A DNA stretch of 64,000 bases from Yuukianura sp. NJ FZ-2021 (lineage: Eukaryota), in assembly GCA_046563655.1 (NCBI GenBank), contig CM102283.1:6510001-6574000 (forward strand), written 5' to 3'. Made by a program: the position numbers and the translations under genes. Position 1 is the stretch's first letter; each line of letters starts with the position of its first letter. The notes below the pieces were generated by a model. It did no database searches, was not told the origin of the DNA, and saw nothing but the letters and a program-made list of their open reading frames with translations. Positions 37,104 to 50,200 of this stretch are shown piece by piece.

Positions 37104-38147
37104 ATGAGTAGCTCGGAAGAGGTTTCATGGATTAGCTGGTTCTGTGGACTTCGAGGAAATGAATTCTTTTGTGAAGTAAGTTAACTTAACTAAGGTTAAA
37201 TAGCACAAACGTTTAAGTTAAAGGAGAGTTGTCAAATGATTTTTAATTCTTTGGTACCTTCAGGTTGACGAAGACTACATTCAAGACAAATTCAATTTGA
37301 CTGGCCTGAATGAGCAAGTTCCACACTACCGGCAGGCCTTAGATATGATTCTGGATCTTGAGGCTGACGATGAAATAGAAGATAATCCAAATCAGTCTGA
37401 TCTCATTGAACAAGCAGCGGAACTACTCTATGGATTGATTCACGCTCGTTATATTCTTACGAACCGTGGTATTGCCCAAATGATTGAAAAGTATCAATCT
37501 GGTGACTTTGGTCATTGCCCTCGTGTTTACTGCGAAAATCAACTAATGCTGCCAATTGGTTAGTACACGTTTGTTTCAAACCTCCGACCAGTTGGATTCA
37601 TATCTGTGTTTCGAGACATTTGTATTTATCATTGGACTAACCTTAACCTTGGTCTACTTTTGAATGCTTGTCTAATTATTGTGGACTTTTTGTATTTGTA
37701 CATTTATTAGGACTATCAGATGTCCCAGGCGAAGCAATGGCTAAACTCTACTGCCCGAAATGCACCGATGTCTATTCTCCAAAGTCATCTCGACATCATC
37801 ATACTGATGGAGCTTACTTTGGAACTGGATTCCCGCATATGCTCTTCATGGTTCACCCGGAGTATCGTCCAAAGCGTCCTACTAATCAATTTGTCCCCAG
37901 GTTTGCACTTTTCTGACTAAAACGATTGAATTTCATTTGCACTTGTAAACCGTAGTGTTAATTTTATGTTCCTTGATTTATTTCCAGGTTATACGGATTT
38001 AAGATCCAATTTGATGTTTCTTGATGTATTTCCAGGTTGTACGGATTTAAGATCCATGCGTTGGCTTACCAGCTCCAACACCAAGCTGCTTCAAACTTCA
38101 AAGCTCCAACAATGCGTATGAGCTACAACAACAATGGGAAACGTTAA
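37104..38147 (+). CDS. CSNK2B: Casein kinase II regulatory subunit beta
   Basis: [39 protein letters not shown]..., CPRVYC and CPKC zinc ribbon, [20 protein letters not shown]. Confidence 0.97.
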
Positions 38148-39899
38148 ATCACGACACTAACATCTCCATTTTTTCTTTTCTTCTTCTTCCCTTAATAGAA
38201 AAGGTTCCCAAATAAGCAAATACGAAGCACCAGCCTCTAAGCCCATGCTCTGAATATTCAAATTGGAATTGTACAAGACTTCGTCTGTCTCATAATTTGA
38301 TTTCAATAAACCAGATGTTTAATTGTTTCTATTGTTCCAGTTCCTGTCAACTCCCAAGTCGTTTTAATGTCGGACTTAATTACTCTACTCTCTCTGTCTC
38401 TTTTTTCATTTACTACTTTGTTTACTCGTAGTACTTGATTTTGTTCTTTCCAAGGTGTCACTTGTAGAATTCCCGTTCATCCTGTTTATTACTTGAGCTT
38501 TGGGATTCATATTGCTCTTAATTGAGGTTTCATGAAACTAATGTGAATGACCGGTCCTCAAATACTGCTTTCAATCCTTGTTTAGAATCAGCTCATGTAC
38601 TAAGTACTACCCTCCCGTAAAGAAGATACGTGTTGACGATTACTTAGAATACGCAATGGGGAATTTACTTGTTTATAATTATGATAACTTTGATTGCGTC
38701 CAGTGTTTGTAAACTTTATTGAATAAACAATTTAAGAAAACACATTTCCCACTACTTACTACCATTGTACATGTCCACCATTGCATTTTACCAGGTAGCC
38801 ATCTACTACATAAGGAGAGACCCGTCTGCGTGTGTTCCTGTCCTCTTTCTCAGGGTCTGGCTAAAGGCCGGACATTTCGGACCCCTCGGATTTCTATCCA
38901 CTCTCTGTGTGCAAATTACTTCTTTTATAAAACACAAAGGTTGAAGTAAACTATATACTAACTAATTGTACCCAATTTTGGTTGGTCGATCTTTTTGTAA
39001 TTTAATGATTAGGGTATCGTTTTTTTTTAAAATTAATCTGTCAAACTGGTACGTACGCAACAGTCAAGAATCTTTGGCTGGCCAAAGGCCAGCCAAGATT
39101 CTTGTAAAGATTATGACGAAAAAATTGATTCATGCGTCCACCACACATGGGTTTGGACGCCCAAAACATTACACAGTTATTTTACATGTCCCGAAATGCG
39201 GATACGCCGACAATCATATGATTAGATCTGACGAAGTGAGGAATATTTCGTACAATTGTGTTGAGCAGTGTTGTCTGACGAATAAAATATTTCTTCCACC
39301 TATACATCAAATTGGGTGGAAGTATCTATTTATACCCATTTTATGCAGCTAGTTCTGAATAGAATCGGATGAAATATTCAAAAATCAGAAATACTTTTCA
39401 ATTTGTCAGCAAATTCAAAAACAAGTTGAGAAAGAGTTAATAGTACTCATAAACCGAACGTACCCAAATAGCCAAATTAATATCTAAAGGCTACTTTAGT
39501 ATTGAGAAACTGTTTCAACTTGAACAAAGATGAATACTTATTGGGAGTAATACTTTTAGAACATATTATATGCCAAGTTTTAAAATATTAAACTTAAATT
39601 TAAATATAATATACTCAGCTTATTAGGCATTTTAGTGTAGGGTATGTGCATTTTGGTAATGCGAAGTGGCTCCAAAGGACAATGTACTGTACATCCTCCC
39701 ACAGTGGCCCCCTCCGGAACAAGGGAGAAGAAGGAAGAGATGAGGAAAGAGAGGGAGATCAGTACAGCCCCTTCAGACAACAGGACACTTTAGTTTTAAA
39801 AACCAGTCGATCTCTGTCCTCTTCCTCTTATTTTCACATTTATTTACTCTAATTAATTAATTATTTCATTTACGCAGTTCACAATTAATTCCCTCCAAC

Positions 39900-41354
39900 A
39901 TGAAATTAGTTGAAACCTCGGATGATCAGAAGACCGTCAGACTAGGCATAGTGAAGCTTGGAACTGCAGTAGGAAAGGTGAGTCCTTTGCTTGCCCTTGG
40001 CCTCATTTTTTTTGGCAGAAGCAACATCTATTTGCATTGTAATTTGCAACTTAATAAGTTGCAACAGCACTATTTCTTTTTAAGGAGTAACTGCTTAGTA
40101 CGTCACTAATTTATGTTTAAATAGTAGTAATATGGAATAATATAATTTTTTAACATAAACCATGGAATTTGTTTTTAATGGTTTTTTCTTTGTCTTTGTT
40201 AGATGAAATACGCACTGATAGATGAATCCGACATTCCTGTTATTCACGAGTACAAATTTGATGCCCGACTAGAAATAGATAGAAATGGAGATGGGCTTCA
40301 AGTAATTGCCATGGGACATCCAAAGAATCAGGTCTCACCAAAGCCAATTCCACTGCAGAACATTTTGTGGTAAGGACGACGAGACGAGTATCAACAAATC
40401 TTTTACGGCGGGTTATCAAACCCGTTTACCATCTAACGGGATCGGATGCTTAATGATGTTTTTGTCTAATTGCCCTTAGGCGACATCGAAACGGACCAAT
40501 TGAGGATAGTTTCAAGGTGTGTCACCTCAATGGGATAACGATGGACAATCGAATGGATAACTTAACATTGATCCCTAGCTGGCTATCAAAGGAAGAACAA
40601 AATTCTATTCTTGCTTTCCGTTGTACGGAAGCCCACGCCTGGACTGATCGCCTTGCAGCAACATCCAGACACCTCAGTCATCCTCATTTGGAAGATGACG
40701 TTGGAAGTAGTGAGTCCGAGTCAAATTCATCTTCCGAGGAATTGTCCGCAAATCTAGCTCAAAGTGGTCGAACTAATCATACTCTAGCGAGTGCTGAAGA
40801 AAAACGAAGCAAACGACAAGGTGAAAATTCATTATACTGGAAAGCTATTACTCAACTCCTTGCTAATGAGACTGATGAGGTAAGCTTTACAAAAAACTGT
40901 ACAAAAACACAAAACTTAAGAAATACGAAAGTAAAATTATTTTTTTACAGCAAAAAAATGCTAGTAGCGCACCCTACTCTCGGGCATATTATACCACCGA
41001 AGGCGAATTGATTTCTCGGGACTGTCCATCCTTCTACTTCTTCGAGTGTCATTATCCACCATGTACCGCCGTAGAAACCGAACCGCGAGAGTTTGCAATG
41101 TGTGGTCGCTGCCAGGTTAGTAACGACGACCTTAAAACTTAACTGTTATCCAATCCATCAACACAAGTCTAATTTTGTGTTTCATTACCGTATTTTAGCA
41201 AGCGAGGTACTGCGGTAGAGAATGTCAACGAGATGACTGGGCAATTCATCGAGACAATTGTAACGAGGCGCACCGTCGAAATTCTCATTCTGTATCCAGT
41301 CGTTCCTTCAGATCCAGAAGCAGAGGAATCTTGAAAGGAGACGCAGACCGATGA
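39900..41354 (+). CDS. ZMYND19: Zinc finger MYND domain-containing protein 19 ortholog
   Basis: RLGIVKLGTAVGK|MKYALIDESDIP, HNH-like HLNGITMDNRMDNL, SLYWKAI and MYND finger (CHYPPC...CGRCQ..RYCGRECQRDDWAIHRDNC). Confidence 0.9.
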
Positions 41355-42413
41355 TCTTTGGTTCAACTCTAGCTTTCCAATTAATTATCACAAGTACCCA
41401 CAAGAACTAGGGCTCTTTTTTGCACTTGTGTTTCGTGTTACATGGGTTTTAGATTAATCTCAATCTCAGTGCAGCAACAAGTGAATAATTCCAAACCTAA
41501 ACCAAACATATTTCTCGAATTCCATAATTGTAATTTAACGTGAGCTTTTTCCCATCCTTTTTGAGCTACTCTAATAATCTGTACCGGCCTAGAATCTTTA
41601 AAAAGCTATTACAATTAATTAATTAGTTTCGTTTCATCAAACTGATACGTTTACTTTCATTATTTACTACAATTAATTTCTGTTTTGGCTGCTGTTAGAT
41701 TTTGTTTAAATTATCGTGTTGTCTTAAAATTAAAATCGCAGGATGAGCCTTTTGTAATAACTCGATATAAATAACATTAAAAAAACATTACATTTTTTAC
41801 ACTTGCCTGTATACGATCTGAATTAATTGGCAATTAAAAATTAACTTAAATTCCTGCAAACGAATTCCAAATATGATTTTGAGTGCCCATCTCTTGACAA
41901 ACCCCAACACTTTCCGAAATTGGGTTGAAGTCAACCGGCACTCCATTCGATGGGATCATAGAGTGTAACCACCGCAGCATATTTGTAACCGCTGAAGTGG
42001 TTAGAGCGACATTTAGACTTTAATTTTTTTTTTTCTAATTTTTTAAACCACCTTATCCGTTCCATGCAATGTAAACATAGTACAGTTCAATTTCAACTCA
42101 ACGATTGTTGCATTGCGCGGTTACATTAGATGCAATTACGGTTGACGTCAACCCGGAAGCGTGAATTTGCTCCACGGTTGGATCAAAACCTGATGTAGGC
42201 CTTGTACACTTAATTGTAAATTAGCAGTTAGGTTAACTTAATTCAATTTTTTCAGTAACTGATTCCATTAAACTATAAATCAATCTATACTTTTCCTTCA
42301 TTATCTCTTGAAATCTTTGCATATTACTTAAAGGAAATTAGAATGAAAGTGTATGGACGACGGTATGTTTTTGGGTACGTGGTAGTAGAGTTTGTAAGTT
42401 CAAGGTGTGGAGT

Positions 42414-42605
42414 ATCGCTTCTCGGCTCATTGAGCTAAGATCAAAGTGTAGTATCTGTTCTAATCAGCTTAATCACTGGTTTGACTTCCATTGGGAGTTA
42501 TAGATGATTAAACTGATTTTTGGAACCACGGTGGGATGATTAGGGCTTGCCCTCGTCTCATCACGGGTCGGCCTGACATTGCAGTATAGTCAGGATCGGC
42601 CCAAC
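42414..42605 (+). ncRNA. U2: U2 spliceosomal snRNA (divergent copy)
   Basis: ATCGCTTCTCGG...GCTAAGATCAAAGTGTAGTATCTGTTCT with branch-site GTAGTA, Sm site GATTTTTGG and SL IV loop ATTGCAGT; all stems can form. Confidence 0.95.
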
Positions 42606-43189
42606 ATTATAAACAAATCCAAAAAGAATTTGAAACAACATTGGGAGGTGACCACTACGATGGACGTTTAGGCGTCCAAGTAGATGAGGTCACGCATCTT
42701 TCGCACGTTATGTTTGGCGACCAATCTTTGACCCCGCTCCGAACATGATGTGAATTGAATTAAGTGAAACCTATGGTGTGATGAATTATATACAATGTAC
42801 TGCAATGCTAATGTTTGTAATTGTAATTCTTGTTGGAATGAGATTAAACTGCTGAATTTGTTTTAAAAAAATAATTTATAACAGGCATGCTACGAAACTT
42901 TAAATTTTAATTTCAATTTTAATAAAAATTATTCTTTTTTAAATGTTGAGGATTTTAGTTTGTTATGCAGAAATCTGTGCCCATACATATGAGACTTGGC
43001 GCACGAAAAATTTGTGTCATTTACAAAAAGTCCAAAGTCAAAAGTCCGTTAAAAATAAATACCAGTGAACATGAACAATATCTGTCGGCAGTGTCAAATG
43101 TCGATTGACTAATTCAATTACACTTTTAGAGGTTACCGCATAATTTATGACTTACTATTGCAGAATCACCAGCCGATCCGATCGTTAAA

Positions 43190-45528
43190 ATGACAAGCAG
43201 TATACTGTCAAGTAAGTCTTGTGAGCATTTAACGTTTTTACTACTTTTTTGAATAATTTGATTAGTTTTATGAAATTCACGATGGAAATGATTTACATAA
43301 TGCAATAAGATAATTTTTGGTTTAGTATTCTTGAGGAGAGGACGAGGAGTGTTAACGTCACTGCAGCTGAACAGAAGATTTTCGACCATACCTAAAATTA
43401 CTACTCATTACACACTTAATCCACGTGAAAAAGATCCTCGCTGGAAGGGTAAACAATTACACTTAAGATTAAATTCATGAGGAAGATGCTAAATGATGGT
43501 CTGGTACTTGTTTAGATGTAAGTATGGAGAGAGTAGCTGACGAGGCTGATGTAGTAATCATAGGAGGCGGTCCAGCCGGACTCTCCGCTGCTATTCGTCT
43601 CAAACAGTTAGCCAACGAGAAAGGTCAAGAGATCCGAGTATGTGTTCTGGAGAAGGCGGCGGAAGTCGGAGGTCATATTCTGTCTGGAGCCGTGATAGAG
43701 CCTTCAGCGCTCAATGAACTTATTCCGGACTGGAAAGACAAAGGTGCCCCACTAAACACTCCAGTGACCGATGACGTTTTGTCGCTATTGACTGCTACTT
43801 CTCGAATACCTATCCCAATTCCGCCTGGAATGCCAATGAATAATCATGGCAACTACATCGTCCGCTTAGGCCATGTTGTCCGATGGTTAGGAGAACAAGC
43901 TGAAGCGTTGGGTGTCGAAATCTATCCGGGTTACGCTGCCGCAGAAGTTCTTTACGACTCTGACGGGAGTGTAAAAGGCGTGGCTACAAACGACGTTGGA
44001 ATTGCCAAGGATGGTTCACCAAAGGTATTTCCTTGAAACAAAACTTCCCGTATCCACTATCCAGTGACATTAAGTGTCTAAGTACTGGCTGATTTGAGTA
44101 CTTTTTAGCCTAACTTTTTGTTTAGGAATCCTTCGAACGTGGAATGGAATTTCATACCCGAGCTACCATATTTGCAGAAGGATGTCACGGACATCTTACG
44201 AAGGGTCTCGTCAAGAAATTCAATTTGCGAGAGAAGTCAGAGCCACAAACTTACGGAATTGGACTGAAGGAGCTCTGGGAAATTCCTGCCGAAAAGCACC
44301 GTCCTGGCAGAGTCGAACATACTGTTGGTTGGCCACTGGACAAACATACCTACGGAGGATCATTTCTGTACCATATCAAAGATGAAACTCCGCTCGTGGC
44401 TATTGGGATGGTGATTGGTCTGGACTATTCAAATCCGTATCTGAGTCCATTCAGAGAGTTTCAGCGATTCAAACACCATCCTTTCATTGCGGCTACTCTC
44501 ACTGGTGGAAAAAGGTTACACAACAGTGTGCAATGTACACAGCAGAATTTGATAACACACTTATGTTTTCTTGTAACTAGACTTCTTTTTACTTAATTTT
44601 AGAATTGCTTATGGTGCTCGTGCTTTAAACGAAGGCGGATTCCAGTCAATTCCGAAATTGACTTTTCCCGGAGGCTGTTTGATCGGTTGTGGTGCAGGAC
44701 TGTTGAATTTACCCAAAATCAAAGGAACGCATAACGCAATGAAAAGTGGAATGCTCGCTGCTGAAAGCATCTTCGACTCTTTGGGTTCCTCGGATAAAAG
44801 TAGGTGGTGATTCTTGTTTGTGTAATTGTAGAGATTAACATAACGTTAAGAGATTAATTTAACATATTTTCATTTTTCTTTTCAGGAATTGAACCCATTT
44901 CTTACGCTGAGAAGTTACGAGAGAGCTGGGTTTGGAAGGAACTTCGAGCAGCACGAAACTGTCGACCAGCTTTTCACAATCCTTTGGGTCTGTATGGCTT
45001 CCTTGGGTACACTGGTTTGTTCTATGGAGTCCTCCGAGGAATGGAACCCTGGACACTCTCCCATGGACAACCAGATCACAGCCGACTCAAGAAAATGTCT
45101 GAAGTGACTCCAATTGAGTATCCTAAACCTGATGGTGTACTTAGCTTTGATTTGCTCTCTTCCGTTGCCCTCACTGGAACGAACCACGAGGATAACCAAC
45201 CTCCGCACTTGACACTTCTCGATGACAGTGTTCCAGTGAATCTCAACTTGAAAGAGTATGATGGACCGGAAGGAAGGTTTTGTCCAGCAGGTATGTGTCA
45301 ATCCAGTAGTAGCAGTAGTTACTCGCCAATGCTAAATTCTAATTTTATTCATTGAATATTTCAGGGGTGTATGAATTTGTGCCCTTGGAATCCGGAAAAG
45401 GAGACCGACTGCAAATCAACGCTCAAAATTGTATTCACTGCAAGACGTGTGATATCAAGGACTACTCTCAAAATATCAATTGGGTAACTCCAGAAGGTGG
45501 CGGTGGACCGGCATACAATGGAATGTAA
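43190..45528 (+). CDS. ETFDH: Electron transfer flavoprotein-ubiquinone oxidoreductase, mitochondrial
   Basis: [76 protein letters not shown]. Confidence 0.97.
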
Positions 45529-46164
45529 ACGGTGTAGCCTTACGTTCGAAACTATATTTTACTCAATCGTTCAAAGTCAAATCATATACGCTGAGAAAAT
45601 TGTGTAACATTTGTGTTTGGATTGGCTTGTTTCAACCAATAGCAACACTGATGTATGTACTAAACGAATTATAAAAATCAGTAACTTCCAGAAGGCAGAG
45701 CAAACTACTGAACAACATAGAGTCATGTCTCTTCAAATAAAAGTTCTCTTTTAAATATTCCGATTTCTAAAGTTAATTTTAAAATAGTTTTTCGAATTTT
45801 CATTCCATACTTTTTGTGCAATTTTCACGAAAGCAGTGAAAGAATGTTTTGGAATTTCATTGATAATGCTCTCCTTGTATGATCGTTAACTTTAATTGAC
45901 AATTCAACTAATTAAGCAAAACTTACACAAGTAAGAGACCTCTTGTGAGCGAAATTGTGCAACTATTTTTTTAGGCATTGTTGTTGTTTACATCGCCACA
46001 GCTGATTGAATGTTGTGATAAATTGGGCTCATTCTCAGTCATGATTTTTTCCAAAGAAAATTAGTAATCGACAGTCGGAGTATTTGGTAACTAGTGATCT
46101 GACAAGGTCAGTTTTTTACAAGAGTCGGGACGAGTCCGGAGTCAGAAGACTTGGTAATTTCAAA

Positions 46165-47140
46165 ATGGCTTCCTATTGTGGTTGCGACGAGTCAAGAAAA
46201 TGGGTATTCGTCGACAGAAATCTATTCACAGCCTTTCCATTCGTAGCATCGGTAAGTTTTTACATCATTTAGTTCTTAAATACTCTGGGATTAGATTTAT
46301 AATAATCAGTGATCATTGTTCGCTGAATATGGGCTTAAAGAATTCTATTTGTATTGGTAGGGTGTTGGGGTTGACGAGCTTTTACGTGGAATTCTAGCTG
46401 GTGATGGAATTCGGATCATTGGAGCCATTGCTCTGATACTACAAGGTGTATTTGCTGCCACCATCTTCATCAGGAATCAAATAGCTGGACAAAGCTGGAG
46501 ATTCCGAAGTGCAGTCATCTTCTTCGTAATTCCAATATCCCATCCCATTTCCAGTACACAATAGATAACATAGAGACACTCATTTTTGACTAAAGGTTGG
46601 AGGAATCACGGGACTTTTGATTGGATTGTTGTGCTATTACCCAATGGCGCTCGACCTGGATACCAACATCAGTAGAAATGGGACTCATGCTACTACCACG
46701 ATTAGTAGTATTAGCAGTGCTAACCATTCAAGTTCAACAACAGAAACCATTTACACATCAAGCCCAGGTTTCAATGAAACGTCAACAATTTCCAGGATTT
46801 CGCAGAAGAGAGACTTGGAATTGGTAAACTATCAGTATTATCCTCCGACAGTTTCCACTATCTATATTCAATATCTATCGATATTTTCTAAATCTTGTTG
46901 TTTGCCTAAATGGAACACTGTATTTTCGTTTAGGAAACTTTCCTAAATCTGAATTTTTGTATCTTTTAGGTTTCCAAGTTATGGTTTCTAGTTCCAAACT
47001 TGGCTATTAGTCTCCTAGTTGTGGTGAATACTGTTTACGGTCTCAGTATTACAGTGCGGAAGGAAAAACGTACGGAAAGCCTGCGTGGGGAGGAAGACCT
47101 CGAAACAGTTGACCTTGGAGGTGAAGGACACTCAACATGA
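46165..47140 (+). CDS. Uncharacterised multi-pass membrane protein with Ser/Thr/N-glycan-rich loop (4 exons)
   Basis: Phase-consistent GT-AG exons: MASYCGC...PFVAS|GVGVD...GAIALILQGVFAATIFI...|VGGITGLLIGLLCYYP...NISRNGT...|VSKLWFLVPNLAISLLVVVNTVYGL... Confidence 0.65.
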
Positions 47141-47293
47141 GCGTCTCATCGCATCCAAACTCTTGGTAAGTATGTAAACTGTTAACGAAATGAAACTGCA
47201 TATCTCACTTTAACTAATATCCAATTTATTTCCGTTTAAAACTATATTCTGAATTAATTAATATCGCTTTTCGCTTACATAATAATTTACTTT

Positions 47294-50200
47294 CTAATCT
47301 TTGTGACGTGTTCCATTGTTGTGGATTTTCCAGATGAGGAGATGATTTGTGGAGTCTTCCCTTCCAGACGGGTCTCCACTAGAATCTCCCATTAGGCTAG
47401 TCACCATGGCTGCAAAGGAGGTGGGATACGTCGTGGGACTGGACGCAACTTGCCGAAACTCTTCATACCCATCTCCACCAGAAATCACAGTCCACGCATC
47501 TTTGTTAACGCATGATGTAAGGAAACGTACTTGTCCAGTATGTCCTTGTGGAAGAGGAGTAACTTTGGCATCTGAACTGTTTGCTGGACAAAGTGTTAGA
47601 ATCACACCACCGCTTGTTCCGATCCATAGAGTCTGTCCAAGTGAAACGAAGAGGGCAGTGACACGGAGACAGGCGCTTTTGTGTTGACGAATTATCTCGT
47701 CACAGCCTGGTAAGGAAAAAGAAGTTATTTTATTTTACGACTTAAGCAAGCATAACGAATAAATAGTAAAAGTGCCTGCAAGTATTCGGGTCACGTGGGT
47801 TGCAACGTTAACTTGGTGCATGATCTGGAACGTTCTGGAGTCATAGGCGATGAGTACTGTAGAACCCTGGATTGCCACCCAAACCCATTCTTCTGATGCT
47901 ACAATTGCTGTGATGGAACTGCTCTCATCCCGATCTGTCGTGACATGGATGCATTGCACCAATTCCAGCATCCCTCGGTTGTTTCCGTAAACTTTTACCG
48001 CAGAACCAGAAGCACACCAGAAGTGACATCCAACACAAAGCATGGACGTCACTGGGGCCATCGGAGTGCCTATGGTTACCCAACTCGGTTCTCCAGTTGA
48101 CCATCGAGCTGTCAACCACAAATAACAAGTTACATTCAACACTTTTGCATATTCGATTAACATAGGATTTTTTTATATGCGATTTCTTACCGCCATTCCT
48201 ACTGTAAACCACGACGTCTCCATTTCCGAGCGCCACAAAAACACGGCCCTGGAAAAACGTTATCGCGTTAAGTTGAGCTTTGTGTTGCACGCGGTAGCGA
48301 TTTTTCTTGACCCGGACACTTCCGTCTGCACAGTCGTAGATATGGAGTCCTCCGTCTTCAGTGCCCAACCAAACGCTCCATTCGTCCGAATCATCTGTTT
48401 ACGATTAGTTGAAACACATTTCAGAAACAAGTTAGCATTCTCTGTGTATTTCGAAATCATTCTTTTTTTCAAAATATTTACCTGCCAGAGACTTTACAAC
48501 GTCCGATTCATAAGGTGAATCTGGAGATTCCGCGTAAGCATTCTTCGGATGATTATCCATGTCACTGGGCGGAGGTACTGAAGCCATGCAAGTGATTCTG
48601 GACTATTGAAAAATTCAATTAACTTTTCTTAAATCATTGGAAGCATTCATGAGAAATCTTACATTGCAAACTCCGTTACACGAAGTTATAGACGGTGGGT
48701 CAGCGCTGAGGTTGAGAATGCAGATTTGACCTACATAGCCATCCGAATTCGCAACCCAAACGTCACTATGTCGCTGTTTTCCTTGAGGAGAGACTGGAGC
48801 GGCACAAGAGAGCAGCAGTCCAGCTCTCGTTTTCCTAATGGGAACTGCTTGGTAGAATTCTACTTCAGCGCTTCTGCCGATTCCGGACCGGACGTACTTC
48901 TCTAACGTTTCGTTGAATGTGCTCAACCAAGAGTTTCGTCTTTCCGTTGACCCGAAAAACAGTTTGACCCATTCCGATCCATCACTGTATTCAAAAAGCA
49001 AAGAAATTAACAACTTCAGTGAATTTTTTAAAACTCTGATGAAGTGACAACTCATACTCATACTTGGTTTCTGCACCACGAATTTGTAACTCAAGTGACG
49101 AATCTCCAGCGATATGCCTCGTAGACACAGTCATCATTTCATTAAGAACTGAGTCCAGGCCTGCATGGGGACACTTTAAAGACGATGCCAACTCGACGAT
49201 ACGCTGCAGCGTCCGCAGATCATCATTTTCAGTGTGACCTCTCCACTTTCCTCTATCGAGCGTTCCAGCGTCAAACTCCTCGTTCAGAACAGTCACGTTT
49301 CCTAGAGACGCCTTCAGCAGAAGTTTGAATTTGCATCCAGTCGAGCTGGAACTGGACCTAAAGGAGGTCAAACCTCAATTCAGAAAACTTTTTCAAAAGT
49401 TTTAAACTAAAAAACTTTGCTTTCACAATTCTCTTACTGATTTTTTCTGTTTCCTTTCCTCTTGATAGAAGCGATGAGTAGGGTATCCGGAAGCAGAAAA
49501 ATCGCTCTCTCCTTTCTGTTTGATGGACTTCCAAGTGCTAGCGGTAAAATTTCTTCCCGGACAAGTTTGGCCAATCCAGTGGGCCATCCATCAATTTCAA
49601 CTTCTCTGCGTGCCCCAGGGTCAATCGAGGCACAGTCAATATGAATAGCAAACTTTCTCAGTTTGTCCAGCAACAAGATTAGTCTGGAGTGGTCCTCATG
49701 GACTGGTTGGGTACGCTTGAGTAGCTCCTAAAATAACAAAAGTCAAAGTCAATTGGCACAAACTTAATTTTTGAGCGTTGATTACCTTGAAAAGGAGTTC
49801 GTAGCGTGGAATCCTCTGAATAGGCTTAATGAGTAGTTGGTCCAGGCTAAGTTTTCCCTTATGCTCACTCTGTGCTCTCTCCAGAAAGCGACCAAATGAT
49901 GGTTTGGACGAAAGGCCTATTTTCAAGGCTCCCTTGGCGTTCTTCCAATTACGAACAAAGAGACTGTAACACTCTTGAAGGGAACTCTGACGAAACTGGA
50001 AGTTTAAATTAGACATAATCAATGACACACGCTGTCCACTTTACTTTAAGACTGGAACAACTTACAGCATCCAGAACAATATCAGCAATAGACTGCATGT
50101 CATCCATTAGCCGTTTCTGGAAGGCACTGAGAAGGCGCTCATGATGCCACAGGATCCTTGGCACCTTAAATTTCCAATCAATTTTCAAATTCAAATTCAG

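Noticed and set aside
42227-42235. Telomerase-template-like TAACCTAAC on the minus strand upstream of U2
   Set aside because: The same motif is common across the window and no pseudoknot or other telomerase RNA element could be shown.
42778-42855. Possible C/D snoRNA (GTGATGA ... CTGA)
   Set aside because: AT-rich, no terminal stem and no recognisable rRNA guide.
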